A stretch of 58,907 bases of DNA, counting the filler. It is 5 parts of 5 records of this genome, joined end to end, with 100 filler letters (N's around TTAATTAATTAA, not from the genome) between each part and the next. Parts side by side here need not be neighbours in the genome. Positions count along the whole stretch, not along the records: positions 35,444 to 47,017 come from SRR20825019_1885; positions 47,118 to 53,697 come from SRR20825019_1892; 3 more parts are not named here. One strand, 5' to 3'. Numbering within the stretch: position 1 is the first letter of the stretch; each line of letters begins with the position of its first letter. A program made the translations under genes and the position numbers. This document shows, in pieces, positions 41,192 to 52,339 of the stretch. The notes beneath the pieces are model-generated. The model had not been told where the DNA came from. It ran no database searches and saw only the letters and a list, made by a program, of their open reading frames with translations.

Positions 41192-44100
41192 TTAAGTTAG
41201 CGAACCCGATGCGCAGAGGGATATGAAATCTTCAATGACGCCGTGGAATCTCTTCTTGTCGCCCAGCTTCTCCACCAGCATGTTCACAATATTGTGTTTG
41301 CTCTCTTCACCGAGGTGCACAACGGGAAATGACGGATCGGATAGTGCCTTAAATATCCACTGAGAGGCTTCTTGGGTCCCTACCACAAGCATTTCGTACA
41401 TGACGCTGCAGATAGACTGGAGCAATACTCTATTTGAGGAGTCCGTCAGTGCAAACACCAGGGAAGACATCAACTGTTCTCCGAACATGTTCCAGAAACG
41501 GCCTACGTAAACTTTGCTTTCTGGTCGGTCGGACCGTTGGGTAAGGTTGAAGAGATGCTCGATGTACTTAAGACCATTCTTCGCCATATCCTTACTGTCT
41601 GCTTTGAGGCATGCCATTGCGAGGCGTGCCCCCGGGAATCCCAAACTGTTAACCTTTTCCGACAGTAGCACTGCGCATGAGAACATCGAAATGTTGCGAA
41701 GAATAAGGAAAAACCCGTTCACCACGTCCACTTGCATGCCAAGGTCTCTTGATGCAGCAGCTTCCACAGCAGGCCACAAAGCCTCGACAACGCTAGCAAA
41801 GTGATCCGTAGTTCCGTCCATCGCGCCGAAAGTTTCCACAGCAGCAGAAATTGCTTCTAAGAAGCAAGCATGAGGAACCTTTTGGAAGTTGACCACCATT
41901 GCAGTTAAGATTCCTGGCAATAGTGGAGCCATTTCAATTTTCACCGCGGCCATCGATGCAGTCCAAAAATCACAAACGCACCCTGAGATTTCTACATCAC
42001 ATCCATGGAAGGAAAGGCACGTGTCTAGCAAGGGCTGCATTAGCGTGTGTAGTGCCATTGCAGGGTGATTTCCGGCACGTGACGGGACCGCCTCAATAAA
42101 CCTCACAGCGCTCGTTAGATTGCGGACCTGTGTCATCACGAGTTTGCGGACAGCTATCAATGCATCACCCTGGGAGGGGCACGGAGCACCCAGCAGCTTC
42201 TGCAATTCGGCAACAAAAGGCGAAGCAAGTTGTTCCAAAGCCTTTCCAATGCGCTCATGCGGCATGAAGGCCACTACTCGGGCCAATCCCTCGGTCACCA
42301 AGACCTGGGAATCAGAAGGCATTGATCGAAACATGGGTGCGCATGCACCCACAAGAGACTCAAACGTGTGTGGATTAGTTAACCCAGAGCGGCAGTCAAT
42401 CAGAATGCGGTTCAGAGCCTTCGCAGCCTCGGTAATCACTTGACTGTTCGAGAAGCATGCCAATGTGTATGATATTGTCGGCTCCATGAGATTTAAGTTC
42501 TTGGACAGTAATTTCGAGTATGCCCCAATCATCATCACCATCTGGACTCTCACCGCACTGTGGCTTGGGAAATTCTCGCTATTGACATTTGAAAATACGG
42601 AGAGTAGAAGCCTATCTGCTTCTTGTTGGTCCTGCAATGCCTCTGGGTTCGAGAGATTCACATTCTTCCTTCCTGCCAATGCCTCCGTTGCAACAGATTT
42701 CATCACGAATATGACAACCTCGATCTCCTGCCAGTTTCCTTGTGAGCTCTGCAGAGCCTCGCAAAGAAGCCTCAACAAATTGGACCGCAAAACTCGGTAG
42801 CATACTATAAATGCATCCTTTGCATGACTCCGGAGATTCTCGAAATCTTCGTAGTCGATATCCGATCTCTCCCATCCCGTAAACTCCCCCGGATACATCA
42901 CTTGCCTCATTAGAGTCCTCAGTATCTGAATGTAGAGATCATCAAGCAGGACGGGATGACGGTTCTGAGGAGGTATTTCCTGCAAAGTCTTCCAAAATGG
43001 AATGCAGGTTTCTACGACTCCAATATCAGGACTGCTCATTGACTCTACTAGCAGCTCTATCAACCCAAGGTAGTCGCCAGTGCCCGCGATCATGGCGCAA
43101 AAGGACTGTCCCAAGCACCGCGCCACCCGTACAATCGCAAGGCACTTGAGTGATTCATCCTCACTGCAGGCATCTGTATAAAGCTTCCGCAAGCCTATCA
43201 CCCTCATGATGGCGTGCCGAAGCGCGTCCTCTAGCTGGCGACCAGAATCAGCGGCTACCAACTTTGAATTTTCAATTGTCTCGATCAAAGTGTCCGCGCA
43301 TTGCTCGCAACATTCTTCCAGATTAAATCCTTCGAAACACATATTGAACAATGGTGTCGAGTAAAAATCATCCAGGTTCAATCCGGTCTTTGCCCACTGA
43401 CTGAGACATTGGAAAATTTTTTTGAGCAACAATGGGCTTACATAAGTCTGACCGAGTGGTGTTGTTGTCACCAACGGGTTCTGGGGAGAGGGAGGGAGTA
43501 TCCCGCCAGATCCTCCTGATGCGTGTACTAGCCCAGGAATCATCTGTGGCGGACTTCTTCCGAGTGGAGAAGGCTGTCCGCCATGAAAAGGCGATCCAGG
43601 ATAAGGAGACCCCGGAGCGTTGCCCGCGAAGGGTGATGCCGGAGACGATATTGGATATGGAGACGCAGGATGGGTTGGATAAGGCGACCCGGGGGGAAGA
43701 TTCGCAAATGGCGATAATGTCTCACCCGGGCCTGGGGAGTTAGTCGGTGTTGGGGTCACAGCATTCTTGGCTATGGCGGTTGTAGGCTGCGAAACTTTGT
43801 GAAGTAGGGACATCACTTCAGGTAGATGTAGCGACAGATTTTTCATCATTCCCTGTTTCGTGTCCGCGCTTGCACTAAGCTTCTCCACTTGCTCAGGAAC
43901 ACTTGCCAGCATGTCGCAAATTATAGTCGCGGAACAGCCACTGAGAAGCTGCCACGATTCTGCGAGGAGACTCTGAACTTCGTGACCAGTAGACATAGCG
44001 GCCAACGTTAGCGCTAGCCTCGGTAAGACCAGATGCTCAGCTGCCTGCCCTAAGCACGGCATGATTGCCACGACTTGTTTGCGAATGGACTGTTTTTGTT

Positions 44101-44446
44101 CCCAACCAAGTGAATGCCATTCCTGGCTCACTTTCTGATAAAGTGTATTTGCAGCGAAAAACTGAACGCTGTTGTTGTTGGAACGGAGGAGTTCGACAGA
44201 CAGGTTCCATGCACTATGGCCACACATCAGTCAACCGCAGAACACTGCACACATGCACAACAAGCCAAATACCATGCAGTGCCAGCAAATGCCCTCAAGT
44301 ACTCGTCAGCTCTTGCTTGATTACTGCTTGGGGTGCTAGAAGGCCTCAAGATTAACGTCCCAGAGGATGAGCAAGATCTTTTCCACTTACCCGTAGAGGG
44401 CCAACACTGCGCTCTCTATCTCAGCAATGGTAGGTTCAGAAGTCAT
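41192..44446 (-). CDS. Importin-13/transportin-SR family karyopherin
   Basis: Two 5' introns give MTSEPTIAEIESAVLALY...ADEYL...AWNLSVELL...VQFFAANTLYQKV..EW; HEAT repeats with FW..LQE, DFENLR, WQEIE, IGAYS; 3' end might include a further exon. Confidence 0.82.
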
Positions 44447-44779
44447 GGCTAGCACGTTTGCTACGCTTGATAACTATCTTTTCAACAACATAACCTGTCC
44501 CCTCAACACTGCATTCACTAAGTATTCCGAATGGGTAATTGCAGTGACTCAGCATATTTACACTGAGTAGCTTTGAGTGCCACTTTCTTCCTAGTAAGCT
44601 GGAAGGCTGCGACACGCTTCCTTGGTACTCACGAAAGAGAGAAGTGCTCCAGGAAGACGGCAAGCTAAGACCTGACTCCCTTTGGTCGAGCTGAACATGG
44701 GTCCACTCCCATGCCGAAATCTCTGACCGACTCGAGTGATCATCGACCTGTCATTGGCGAATCAGCGCCTCACGGACCT

Positions 44780-45190
44780 GGCTCGCGGTACCTGCCCGGG
44801 GCCGCCCCTCAGCCACACTTGGGATTGACAATGCCGATAGTCGAGGAGGGGCAGGTAACACGCCCTTAGTTGACAAAGTTCACTATAAAGAGATTATTTC
44901 GTAATGCTCGGTGCCCGACCCGTGATGCCAAACCCGGACGCCGGGCAGTCGCGGAGGGCAACGAGTGCCAGGCGGCGGGTCGGGCCGGGACTCCGCCGCC
45001 GGCCCGCCAGCGTACGGGAGGACTCATCACACCGGCGGCCGCTTTGCCAGCGGCCCGCGGCCGTCAGCCCGGCCGGATGGGAGTGTGCCGCATGGCGGCC
45101 TCGGTCGGCCGATCGGGCGCCGGCTCCGCGGCTGCTCGGCGACTCCCATGGACCCGAGAGAATGGTTGGCCGCCGCCGGGGGGGCGGCCT
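44780..45190. promoter_or_regulatory. GC-rich island H, between divergent importin and dyskerin genes
   Basis: GC-rich stretch between ATGs at 44446 (-) and 45477 (+). Confidence 0.55.
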
Positions 45191-45476
45191 GCCCTTTCTT
45201 TGCGTACGGATGAGCCACAACCAGGCTTCGCCAGCGATCATTCCTAAGGCTTGCCTAGGCCATGATGTTTACAGCGCCGCAGACTTCTGCGAGGCTTCGG
45301 CGTGGCTGTGGCCCGATGATTCTCGTCCCCATGTCGTCGATGGAACGTGCTCAGGCTGCCAGCTAGGGCGACTCGGACGACGAGCAACTGACTCCACGTT
45401 GGTGGCACGCGAGACGCTGGTGATTTATTTATGTCACCTGGGTGTGGTGCACAACATATTGTTCTTTAGGGTGACC

Positions 45477-47017
45477 ATGGGTAAGGATAAGAGCAAGAAG
45501 TCTGCTGCTGAAAACAGCGACGAGCAGTTCATCAAGCCGCAGAAGACCACCCCTGCTGTGGACACTTCCAAATGGCCGCTGTTGTTGAAGAACTATGATC
45601 AGCTTAACATTCGTTCCGGTCACTATACACCCATCCCTTGTGGCTCTTCTCCCTTGAAGCGTGATTTGCATAACTATGTTAGATATGGTATTATCAACCT
45701 GGATAAGCCCTCCAACCCATCCTCCCACGAAGTTGTGGCTTGGATTCGTCGCATTCTTCGCGTTGATAAGACCGGCCACAGCGGCACACTTGATCCTAAG
45801 GTGACAGGTTGCCTTATTGTTTGCGTGGACAGGGCCACTCGCCTTGTGAAGTCTCAACAGGGTGCCGGTAAGGAGTACGTTGCTGTTCTCCGTCTGCACA
45901 ATGCCGTGGATAGCCAGGCCAAACTTGCTGGTGCAATTGAGCGTTTGACGGGTGCTCTGTTCCAGCGCCCTCCCTTGATTTCCGCTGTGAAGCGCCAACT
46001 GCGTATTCGTACCATCTATGAAAGCAAGCTTTTGGACTACGACCAGGAGCGTAACTTGTCAGTTTTCTGGGTTAGTTGTGAGGCTGGTACATACGTGCGT
46101 ACCCTTTGCGTGCATCTTGGTCTTTTGTTGGGTACCGGCGCTCATATGCAGGAGCTCCGCCGTGTAAGATCTGGTGTTATGGGTGAGGGTGATGGCGATG
46201 GTATGTGCACCATGCACGACGTGCTTGACGCACAATGGCAATATGACAACAAAAAGGATGAGTCTTACCTTCGCCGCTGCATCATGCCCCTTGAGCGTCT
46301 GCTCATTACCTACCCTCGTATTGTGGTTAAGGACAGCGCCGTGAACGCCATCTGCTATGGAGCCAAGTTGATGATTCCGGGTCTCCTCCGCTATGCCTCC
46401 GGCATTGAGGTGGACGAGCAGGTCGTGCTCATGACCACAAAGGGTGAGGCCATCGCTCTTGGTATTGCCCAGATGACCACTGCCGTGATGGCCACGTGTG
46501 ACCACGGCATCGTCGCCAAGATCAAGCGCGTCATCATGGAACGTGATACCTATCCCCGTCGCTGGGGCTTGGGTCCTAAGGTGTGTATGTGTGTTATTTT
46601 TGTCGGGTTGGTTGGTGTTTGGTGGGTTGCGTAGCAGCGACGCTCTGTGATGAAACAACTTATAAGGTTTCAATCGCTATCTGATAGTTTTGAGGATACA
46701 ATGTTTCTGAGTTCACTACTCGTTGTGTTGCACTTATGTTTTGGTGGTGGTTTGTACTTGTTGAAAGAAAACTCACAAGACATGTTTTCAGGCCAAGCAG
46801 AAGAAGGAGCTCATCGCCGCCGGCAAGCTCGACAAGTACGGCCGTCCCAACGAGAACACCCCGGATTCCTGGAAGCAGGGCTACACTGACTACGCCGCCG
46901 CCGCTGCCGAGAACGGTGGCCAGGCTGAGGCCGCCGTTGAGGAGAGCAAGAAGCGCGCTGCCTCTCCCGCTGCCGAGGAGCCGCCCAAGAAGAAGGAGAA
47001 GAAGGAAAAGAAGGAGA
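45477..47017 (+). CDS. DKC1: Dyskerin/Cbf5 H/ACA RNP pseudouridine synthase; intron 46581-46791; 3' truncated
   Basis: [27 protein letters not shown] domain, [17 protein letters not shown] tail. Confidence 0.98.
46642..46714 (+). ncRNA. Intronic box C/D snoRNA
   Basis: C box GTGATGA 46647-46653, D' CTGA 46681-46684, C' TGAGGA 46691-46696, D CTGA 46707-46710, inside a 211-nt intron. Confidence 0.75.
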
Positions 47018-47117
47018 NNNNNNNNNNNNNNNNNNNNNNNNNNNNNNNNNNNNNNNNNNNNTTAATTAATTAANNNNNNNNNNNNNNNNNNNNNNNNNNN
47101 NNNNNNNNNNNNNNNNN
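47018..47117. other. Assembly spacer
   Basis: N run with TTAATTAATTAA. Confidence 0.99.
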
Positions 47118-47196
47118 CCGCGCCTTTGGCGCTCCCCCGGGATATTTGAGGCCAAAAGAATGGGGCGGTGCCGGTGATGGCGCCGCCCTTGTGCGT

Positions 47197-47511
47197 TCAA
47201 CTGGGGCTGAGCACGTGAATCTTGCGGTCGGCGATCATGTCCTTTGTCGCCCTGCCATAGTCTTTCATATGGGGCGCGACCGCATGGGCCATCAGCGCAT
47301 CAAGGCTGGCCCATTCCTCGATGACCATGAACGTGTCGTCGCCGATGGGGGTCTGGAACGGACCCACATCGGGGGTGTCGGTGATGGCGCGGTAGCTGAT
47401 GCAGCCGTCTTCGGCATGGACGGCGGGCACGTTGGCGTTGAATTTCTCCAGAAGTTCGGCGCGCTGGCCGGAGTTGGCGGTGATGACGGCAACGACGTGG
47501 ACATGGCTCAT
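47197..47511 (-). CDS. ABM/putative quinol monooxygenase (YgiN-like)
   Basis: V.AEDGCISY, FMVIEEWASLDALMAH.VAPHM. Confidence 0.88.
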   Translation of the reverse strand: MSHVHVVAVITANSGQRAELLEKFNANVPAVHAEDGCISYRAITDTPDVGPFQTPIGDDTFMVIEEWASLDALMAHAVAPHMKDYGRATKDMIADRKIHVLSPS

Positions 47512-47612
47512 GGGGATCTCCTCTTTCCTGTGTCCAAGGCTAGCAGCGCGCGCGTTGCTGGGAAGCGATACGTTGCGTTGCGCATTTTGAAACTTGTCGC
47601 TAAACCGCCGCC

Positions 47613-48314
47613 ATGAACACACCCACACGCCCCCACCGCAATTTTTATGGCCGCCGCAAGGGCAAGCACCTGAAGTCGAGCCAGGAAGGCTATCTTGACC
47701 AGGATCTGGCCGCGCTGTCGCCGGGGCCGGTGGATTGGGACGTGAACCCCGACCGGACGCCGCTGGATTTACAGGGGCTTTTCGGCGGCAAACCTGTCTG
47801 GCTGGAAATCGGCTTTGGCGGGGGCGAGCATATGGTGCATCAGGCCGCGCAGAACCCCGAGGTGGGGATCATCGGCTGCGAACCTTACATCAACGGTGTT
47901 GCGATGTTGCTGGGCAAGATCCGCAAGGCCAAGGTGGACAATTTGGCGGTCTATCCGGGTGACGTGCGCGATATGTTCGACGTGCTGCCCGAGGCGTCGA
48001 TTGATCGTGCTTTTCTGCTGTATCCCGATCCCTGGCCCAAATCGCGGCATCACCGGCGCCGGTTCGTGACGCCCGAACATCTGGAACCGCTGGTGCGCGT
48101 GCTGAAACCCGGCGCGATCTTTCGGGTGGCGACGGATATTCCCGACTACGTCCGGCAAACGCTGGAGCAGGTGCCGGGGCACGGCTTCGACTGGCTGGCC
48201 GAAGGGCCGCAGGACTGGCGCGTGGCGTGGGATGACTGGATTTCGACACGTTACGAGAAAAAGGCACTGCGCGAGGGGCGGGTGCCGCATTATCTGACGT
48301 TTCGGAAAAAGTAG
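47613..48314 (+). CDS. trmB: tRNA (guanine-N7)-methyltransferase
   Basis: LEIGFGGGEH, LYPDPWPK.RHHRRR, ATD, TRYE.KA. Confidence 0.96.
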   Translation: MNTPTRPHRNFYGRRKGKHLKSSQEGYLDQDLAALSPGPVDWDVNPDRTPLDLQGLFGGKPVWLEIGFGGGEHMVHQAAQNPEVGIIGCEPYINGVAMLLGKIRKAKVDNLAVYPGDVRDMFDVLPEASIDRAFLLYPDPWPKSRHHRRRFVTPEHLEPLVRVLKPGAIFRVATDIPDYVRQTLEQVPGHGFDWLAEGPQDWRVAWDDWISTRYEKKALREGRVPHYLTFRKK

Positions 48315-48356
48315 GGCTCGGGAGACAGTGCCCCCCGAAGCCGTTGCAAGCGGTGT

Positions 48357-49739
48357 TTATTCGTCCATGATCAGGACAGCTTTGGCGTTGGTGAATTCCA
48401 GCATGCCAAAGCCGCCGTGCTCGCGGCCATAGCCTGAATCCTTCACCCCGCCGAAGGGCATGTTCGGCGTCGCCAGACCAAAGCCGTTGATGAACACCAT
48501 GCCCGTGTCGAATTCGACCTCGGCCAGCTCCTGCGCACGCTTCACATCACGCGATATGATGCCGCCGCCCAGTCCGAACTTGCTGTCGTTGGCGATGCGC
48601 ATGGCGTCCTCGTCGTCCTTGGCGCGGATCAGCGCCGCGACGGGGCCGAACAATTCGTCGTCATAGGCAGGCTGGCCCGGCTGCACGTTTGCCAGAACAG
48701 TCGCGGGATAGAAGTACCCGTCGCCGTCGGGCATTTCGCCGCCGCACAGGATTTCGGCACCTTTGGCGACCGATTGCTCCACCTGCTTGTGCAGATCGTC
48801 GCGCAGGTCCTTGCGGGCCATCGGTCCGATCTTGGCGTCCTCGCCGGTGGGATCGCCATGGGTCACGGCCTTCATCGCCTTGACGAAAGCGTCGCGGAAG
48901 TCGTCATAGACGGCGTCCGACACCACAAAGCGTTTGGCCGCCACGCAGGTTTCACCGTTGTTATAGGTCCGGCCCGTGGCACAGATTTGCGCGGCTTTCT
49001 CAACGTCGGCATCTGCCATGACGATGTAGGCGTCGTTCGAGCCCAGTTCGAGCACGGTTTTCTTCAGTACCTTGCCCGCCTTGGCTGCAATGTCGCGGCC
49101 CGCAGCGGGGCTGCCGGTCAGGGTGATGCCGCGCACCAGTTCGTGTTCAATCACGGCGTCGGACTGGTCGTGGCTGATGATCAAGGCCGAGAACAGACCC
49201 GCAGGCAAGCCTGCATCCGCATAGATTTCATCCAGCATCTGGCCCGATCCGGCCACGTTCGAGGCGTGTTTCAGCAACACGCCGTTGCCTGCCATCAGGT
49301 TGGCGATGGAATAGCGCACGACCTGATAGGCAGGGAAGTTCCACGGCTGGATGCCATAGACGATGCCGATGGGCGCATGGACCACGCGGCCACGGCTGCC
49401 GCTTTGGATGTCGCGGTCCTCGCTTGCCAGAACCTTGGGACCGTTTTCGGCGGTATAATCACAGATGGCAGCGCACAGCTCGATTTCCTGCTCGGACTGG
49501 CTCAGCAGCTTGCCCATCTCTTGGGTCATCAGAGCAGCCAGCTCGTCCTTGCGGTCGCGGAGCCCCTGGCCGATGGCCTTGATCACTTTGCCGCGGTCGT
49601 CGTGCGACTTTAGCCGCCAGTCGCGGAATGCCGCGTGGCAGGCGCGGATGCGCGATTCCAGTTCCGCGTCGTCCAGATAGGTGTGTGTGGCGATCTTGGC
49701 ACCGGTGGCGGGGTTCGTGGTGTCGAATGAATGGGTCAT
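48357..49739 (-). CDS. NAD(P)-dependent succinate-semialdehyde dehydrogenase (Sad/GabD1 type)
   Basis: PWNFP.YQ, LKHASN, LELGSND, ETCVAAKR, ELFGP, FGGVK.SGYGRE. Confidence 0.88.
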   Translation of the reverse strand: MTHSFDTTNPATGAKIATHTYLDDAELESRIRACHAAFRDWRLKSHDDRGKVIKAIGQGLRDRKDELAALMTQEMGKLLSQSEQEIELCAAICDYTAENGPKVLASEDRDIQSGSRGRVVHAPIGIVYGIQPWNFPAYQVVRYSIANLMAGNGVLLKHASNVAGSGQMLDEIYADAGLPAGLFSALIISHDQSDAVIEHELVRGITLTGSPAAGRDIAAKAGKVLKKTVLELGSNDAYIVMADADVEKAAQICATGRTYNNGETCVAAKRFVVSDAVYDDFRDAFVKAMKAVTHGDPTGEDAKIGPMARKDLRDDLHKQVEQSVAKGAEILCGGEMPDGDGYFYPATVLANVQPGQPAYDDELFGPVAALIRAKDDEDAMRIANDSKFGLGGGIISRDVKRAQELAEVEFDTGMVFINGFGLATPNMPFGGVKDSGYGREHGGFGMLEFTNAKAVLIMDE

Positions 49740-49854
49740 GAAGCTCTCCTTCTTGTTGGGGACACAACGCGAGGGGCTGGGGCATGTTCCGTGCATGGAC
49801 GTCGCGGAAACGAGCGGCTAAGACTTGGCGCGAACACGAAATCAAGGAATTGCC

Positions 49855-51207
49855 ATGTCCAGCCACGGTGCCCCCATCCCCATGACCTCGCGCGCCTGCG
49901 GTGCGCTGACCGGAACGGCGCAGGTGCCGGGCGACAAGTCGATCTCGCATCGCTCGCTGATCCTGGGTGCCATGAGCGTGGGCGAGACCACGATCACCGG
50001 TTTGCTTGAAGGGCAGGACGTGCTGGACACGGCCCGCGCGATGCGGGCCTTCGGTGCCGAGGTGACGGATCACGGCGGCGGCAGCTGGTCGGTGTACGGC
50101 GTCGGCGTCGGTGGCTTTGCCGAGCCGGATCAGGTGATTGACTGTGGCAACTCGGGCACCGGTGTGCGGTTGATCATGGGCTGTATGGCGACCTCGCCGA
50201 TTTCCGCGACGTTTACGGGTGATGCCAGCCTGAACGGCCGTCCCATGGCGCGTGTGACCGATCCGCTGGCCTTGTTTGGCACGCAATCGGTGGGCCGCTC
50301 GGGCGGGCGTCTGCCCATGACCATCGTGGGCGCGGCCGAGCCTGTGCCAGTGCGTTACGTCGTGCCTGTGCCTTCGGCGCAGGTGAAATCGGCGGTGCTG
50401 CTGGCCGGGCTGAACGCCCCTGGCAAAACCGTGGTGATCGAAACCGAGGCGACCCGCGACCACACCGAACGGATGCTGGCAGGCTTTGGCGCCGAGATTA
50501 CCACGGAGATCACCGACGAGGGCCGCGTTATCACCCTGACCGGTCAGCCGGAATTGAAGGCCCAGCACATCGACGTGCCGCGCGATCCGTCGTCGGCGGC
50601 CTTCCCGGTCTGTGCGGCGCTGATCGTGCCCAGCTCGGATGTGCTGGTCCCCAACATCGGCCTGAACCAGACGCGGGCAGGGTTGTTCACAACGCTGCGC
50701 GAGATGGGGGCGGACCTGACCTATGAAAACGAACGCGAAGAGGGCGGTGAACCTGTGGCGGACCTGCGTGCGCGGTTCTCGCCCGATCTGAAAGGCATCG
50801 AAGTGCCCGCCGAACGTGCCGCCAGCATGATCGACGAATACCCCGTTCTGTCGGTCGTCGCGGCCTTTGCCAGCGGCAAGACGCATATGCCGGGCGTCAA
50901 GGAACTGCGCGTCAAGGAAAGCGACCGGATCGACGCGATGAAAGTTGGGCTTGAGGCCAACGGCATCACCGTCGAGGATGGCCCCGACTGGTGGACCGTC
51001 ACCGGATTGGGCCACGGCAACGTGCCGGGCGGTGCGACCTGCGCCAGCCATCTGGATCACCGCATCGCCATGTCGTTCCTGGTGCTGGGCATGGCGACGC
51101 AGCGGCCCGTGTCGGTGGATGATGGCGGACCGATCGCCACCTCCTTCCCGATATTCGAGCCGCTTATGGGTGGCCTGGGTGCCGCCATCACGCGCAGCAA
51201 TGGCTGA
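49855..51207 (+). CDS. aroA: EPSP synthase (class II)
   Basis: [40 protein letters not shown]. Confidence 0.98.
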   Translation: MSSHGAPIPMTSRACGALTGTAQVPGDKSISHRSLILGAMSVGETTITGLLEGQDVLDTARAMRAFGAEVTDHGGGSWSVYGVGVGGFAEPDQVIDCGNSGTGVRLIMGCMATSPISATFTGDASLNGRPMARVTDPLALFGTQSVGRSGGRLPMTIVGAAEPVPVRYVVPVPSAQVKSAVLLAGLNAPGKTVVIETEATRDHTERMLAGFGAEITTEITDEGRVITLTGQPELKAQHIDVPRDPSSAAFPVCAALIVPSSDVLVPNIGLNQTRAGLFTTLREMGADLTYENEREEGGEPVADLRARFSPDLKGIEVPAERAASMIDEYPVLSVVAAFASGKTHMPGVKELRVKESDRIDAMKVGLEANGITVEDGPDWWTVTGLGHGNVPGGATCASHLDHRIAMSFLVLGMATQRPVSVDDGGPIATSFPIFEPLMGGLGAAITRSNG

Positions 51208-51724
51208 TCCGCTGCCCCGCTGGTTCGGCCCGCTTTTATGGGCCGCGATGCTGGTGTTCGCGGCAATGGCCTGGACCGCGACGCGCAGCCTGACGCCTGC
51301 GCCCGAATGGTCGGTGTTCGATGCGCACGTCTTCGGTTACGATCTGGACTATGCGCAGGGCTATATTGCGGCCTTGCGCGCAGCAGACGGGATCGAGGTC
51401 TATCTGGGTCGGCAAAGGATGCTGGACACGGTCTTTCCGGCCTTGCTGGCCGCGGTGTTGCTGGTGGTCGTCCGGGCGCGGTTTCGCGGGGTGGCACAGA
51501 TAGGCCTGGGCGCGCTGGTGCTGTTCTATCTGGGCGCGGATTACATCGAGAATATGCGTGTGGCCGCGATGCTGCGCACCGCGCCCGACGCGCTGACCCA
51601 ACAAATGGTGCAGGCCGCCAGCCTTGCCACAGTGCTGAAATATGCGTTCCTTGCCCCCTGCCTGATCGCAGCGCTCGTGGTCTATGTTCAGGGGCGCATT
51701 GCGCAATCGGAAGGAAGTTCATGA
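51200..51724 (+). CDS. Hypothetical membrane protein translationally coupled between aroA and cmk
   Basis: ATG overlaps the aroA end and TGA overlaps the cmk ATG; about 4 TM segments with LD.VFP and DY.EN motifs. Confidence 0.75.
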   Translation: MADPLPRWFGPLLWAAMLVFAAMAWTATRSLTPAPEWSVFDAHVFGYDLDYAQGYIAALRAADGIEVYLGRQRMLDTVFPALLAAVLLVVVRARFRGVAQIGLGALVLFYLGADYIENMRVAAMLRTAPDALTQQMVQAASLATVLKYAFLAPCLIAALVVYVQGRIAQSEGSS

Positions 51725-52335
51725 CCGAACCGTTCACAATCGCCATCGACGGCCCCGCAGCCGCAGGCAAAGGCACGATCTCCAAGGCCGTCGCCGCGCA
51801 TTTCAACATGGCGCATCTGGACACCGGGTTGCTGTACCGCGCCGTGGGTGCGCGGATGCTGTCGGGCGAGGATGCCGTGACCGCCGCCCGTGCGCTGGTG
51901 GCCTCGGATCTGGACAACGACAGCCTGCGCACGCAAGCGGTGGCGCAGGCCGCAAGCCAGGTGGCTGTCATCGCCGAGGTGCGTGCTGCATTGCTCGATT
52001 TCCAGCGTGCCTTTGCCCGCAGGGCCGGGGGGGCCGTGCTAGACGGGCGTGACATCGGCACGGTGATCTGCCCGCAGGCCGAAATAAAGCTGTTCGTCAC
52101 CGCCAGCGCCGAAGTGCGGGCCAAGCGGCGCTATGACGAGCTGGTGCAGCGCGGACAACCTGCCGATCTGGATGCGGTCACCGCAGATGTCAAAGCGCGC
52201 GATGCCCGTGACATGGACCGCGCCGAGGCACCGCTGCGGCCCGCGGACGATGCGGTGCTGATCGACACCTCGGACCAGACCATAGACGAAGCGGTGGCCG
52301 CAGCCATCGCCGCCGTGAATAAAGTGAAAGGATGA
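51721..52335 (+). CDS. cmk: Cytidylate kinase
   Basis: [29 protein letters not shown]. Confidence 0.97.
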   Translation: MTEPFTIAIDGPAAAGKGTISKAVAAHFNMAHLDTGLLYRAVGARMLSGEDAVTAARALVASDLDNDSLRTQAVAQAASQVAVIAEVRAALLDFQRAFARRAGGAVLDGRDIGTVICPQAEIKLFVTASAEVRAKRRYDELVQRGQPADLDAVTADVKARDARDMDRAEAPLRPADDAVLIDTSDQTIDEAVAAAIAAVNKVKG

Positions 52336-52339
52336 TCCG

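Noticed and set aside
44904-45476. N-terminal extension of dyskerin in the ORF track
   Set aside because: Read-through of island and UTR; the conserved protein begins at MGKDK (45477).
46666-46681. snoRNA D' guide pairing to LSU rRNA GAUAGCGA
   Set aside because: Only 7-8 nt of complementarity, below the usual 10 or more.
21111-47017. Alternative genetic code in the eukaryote to explain short ORFs
   Set aside because: In the genes I could splice fully, in-frame stops are removed by GT-AG introns; TAA and TAG both serve as terminal stops.
20117-47117. Bacteria-to-eukaryote HGT or integration
   Set aside because: All junctions are assembly spacers.
49459-51060. Long antisense ORFs over aroA and other GC-rich bacterial genes
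   Set aside because: Shadow ORFs caused by codon bias of the sense genes.
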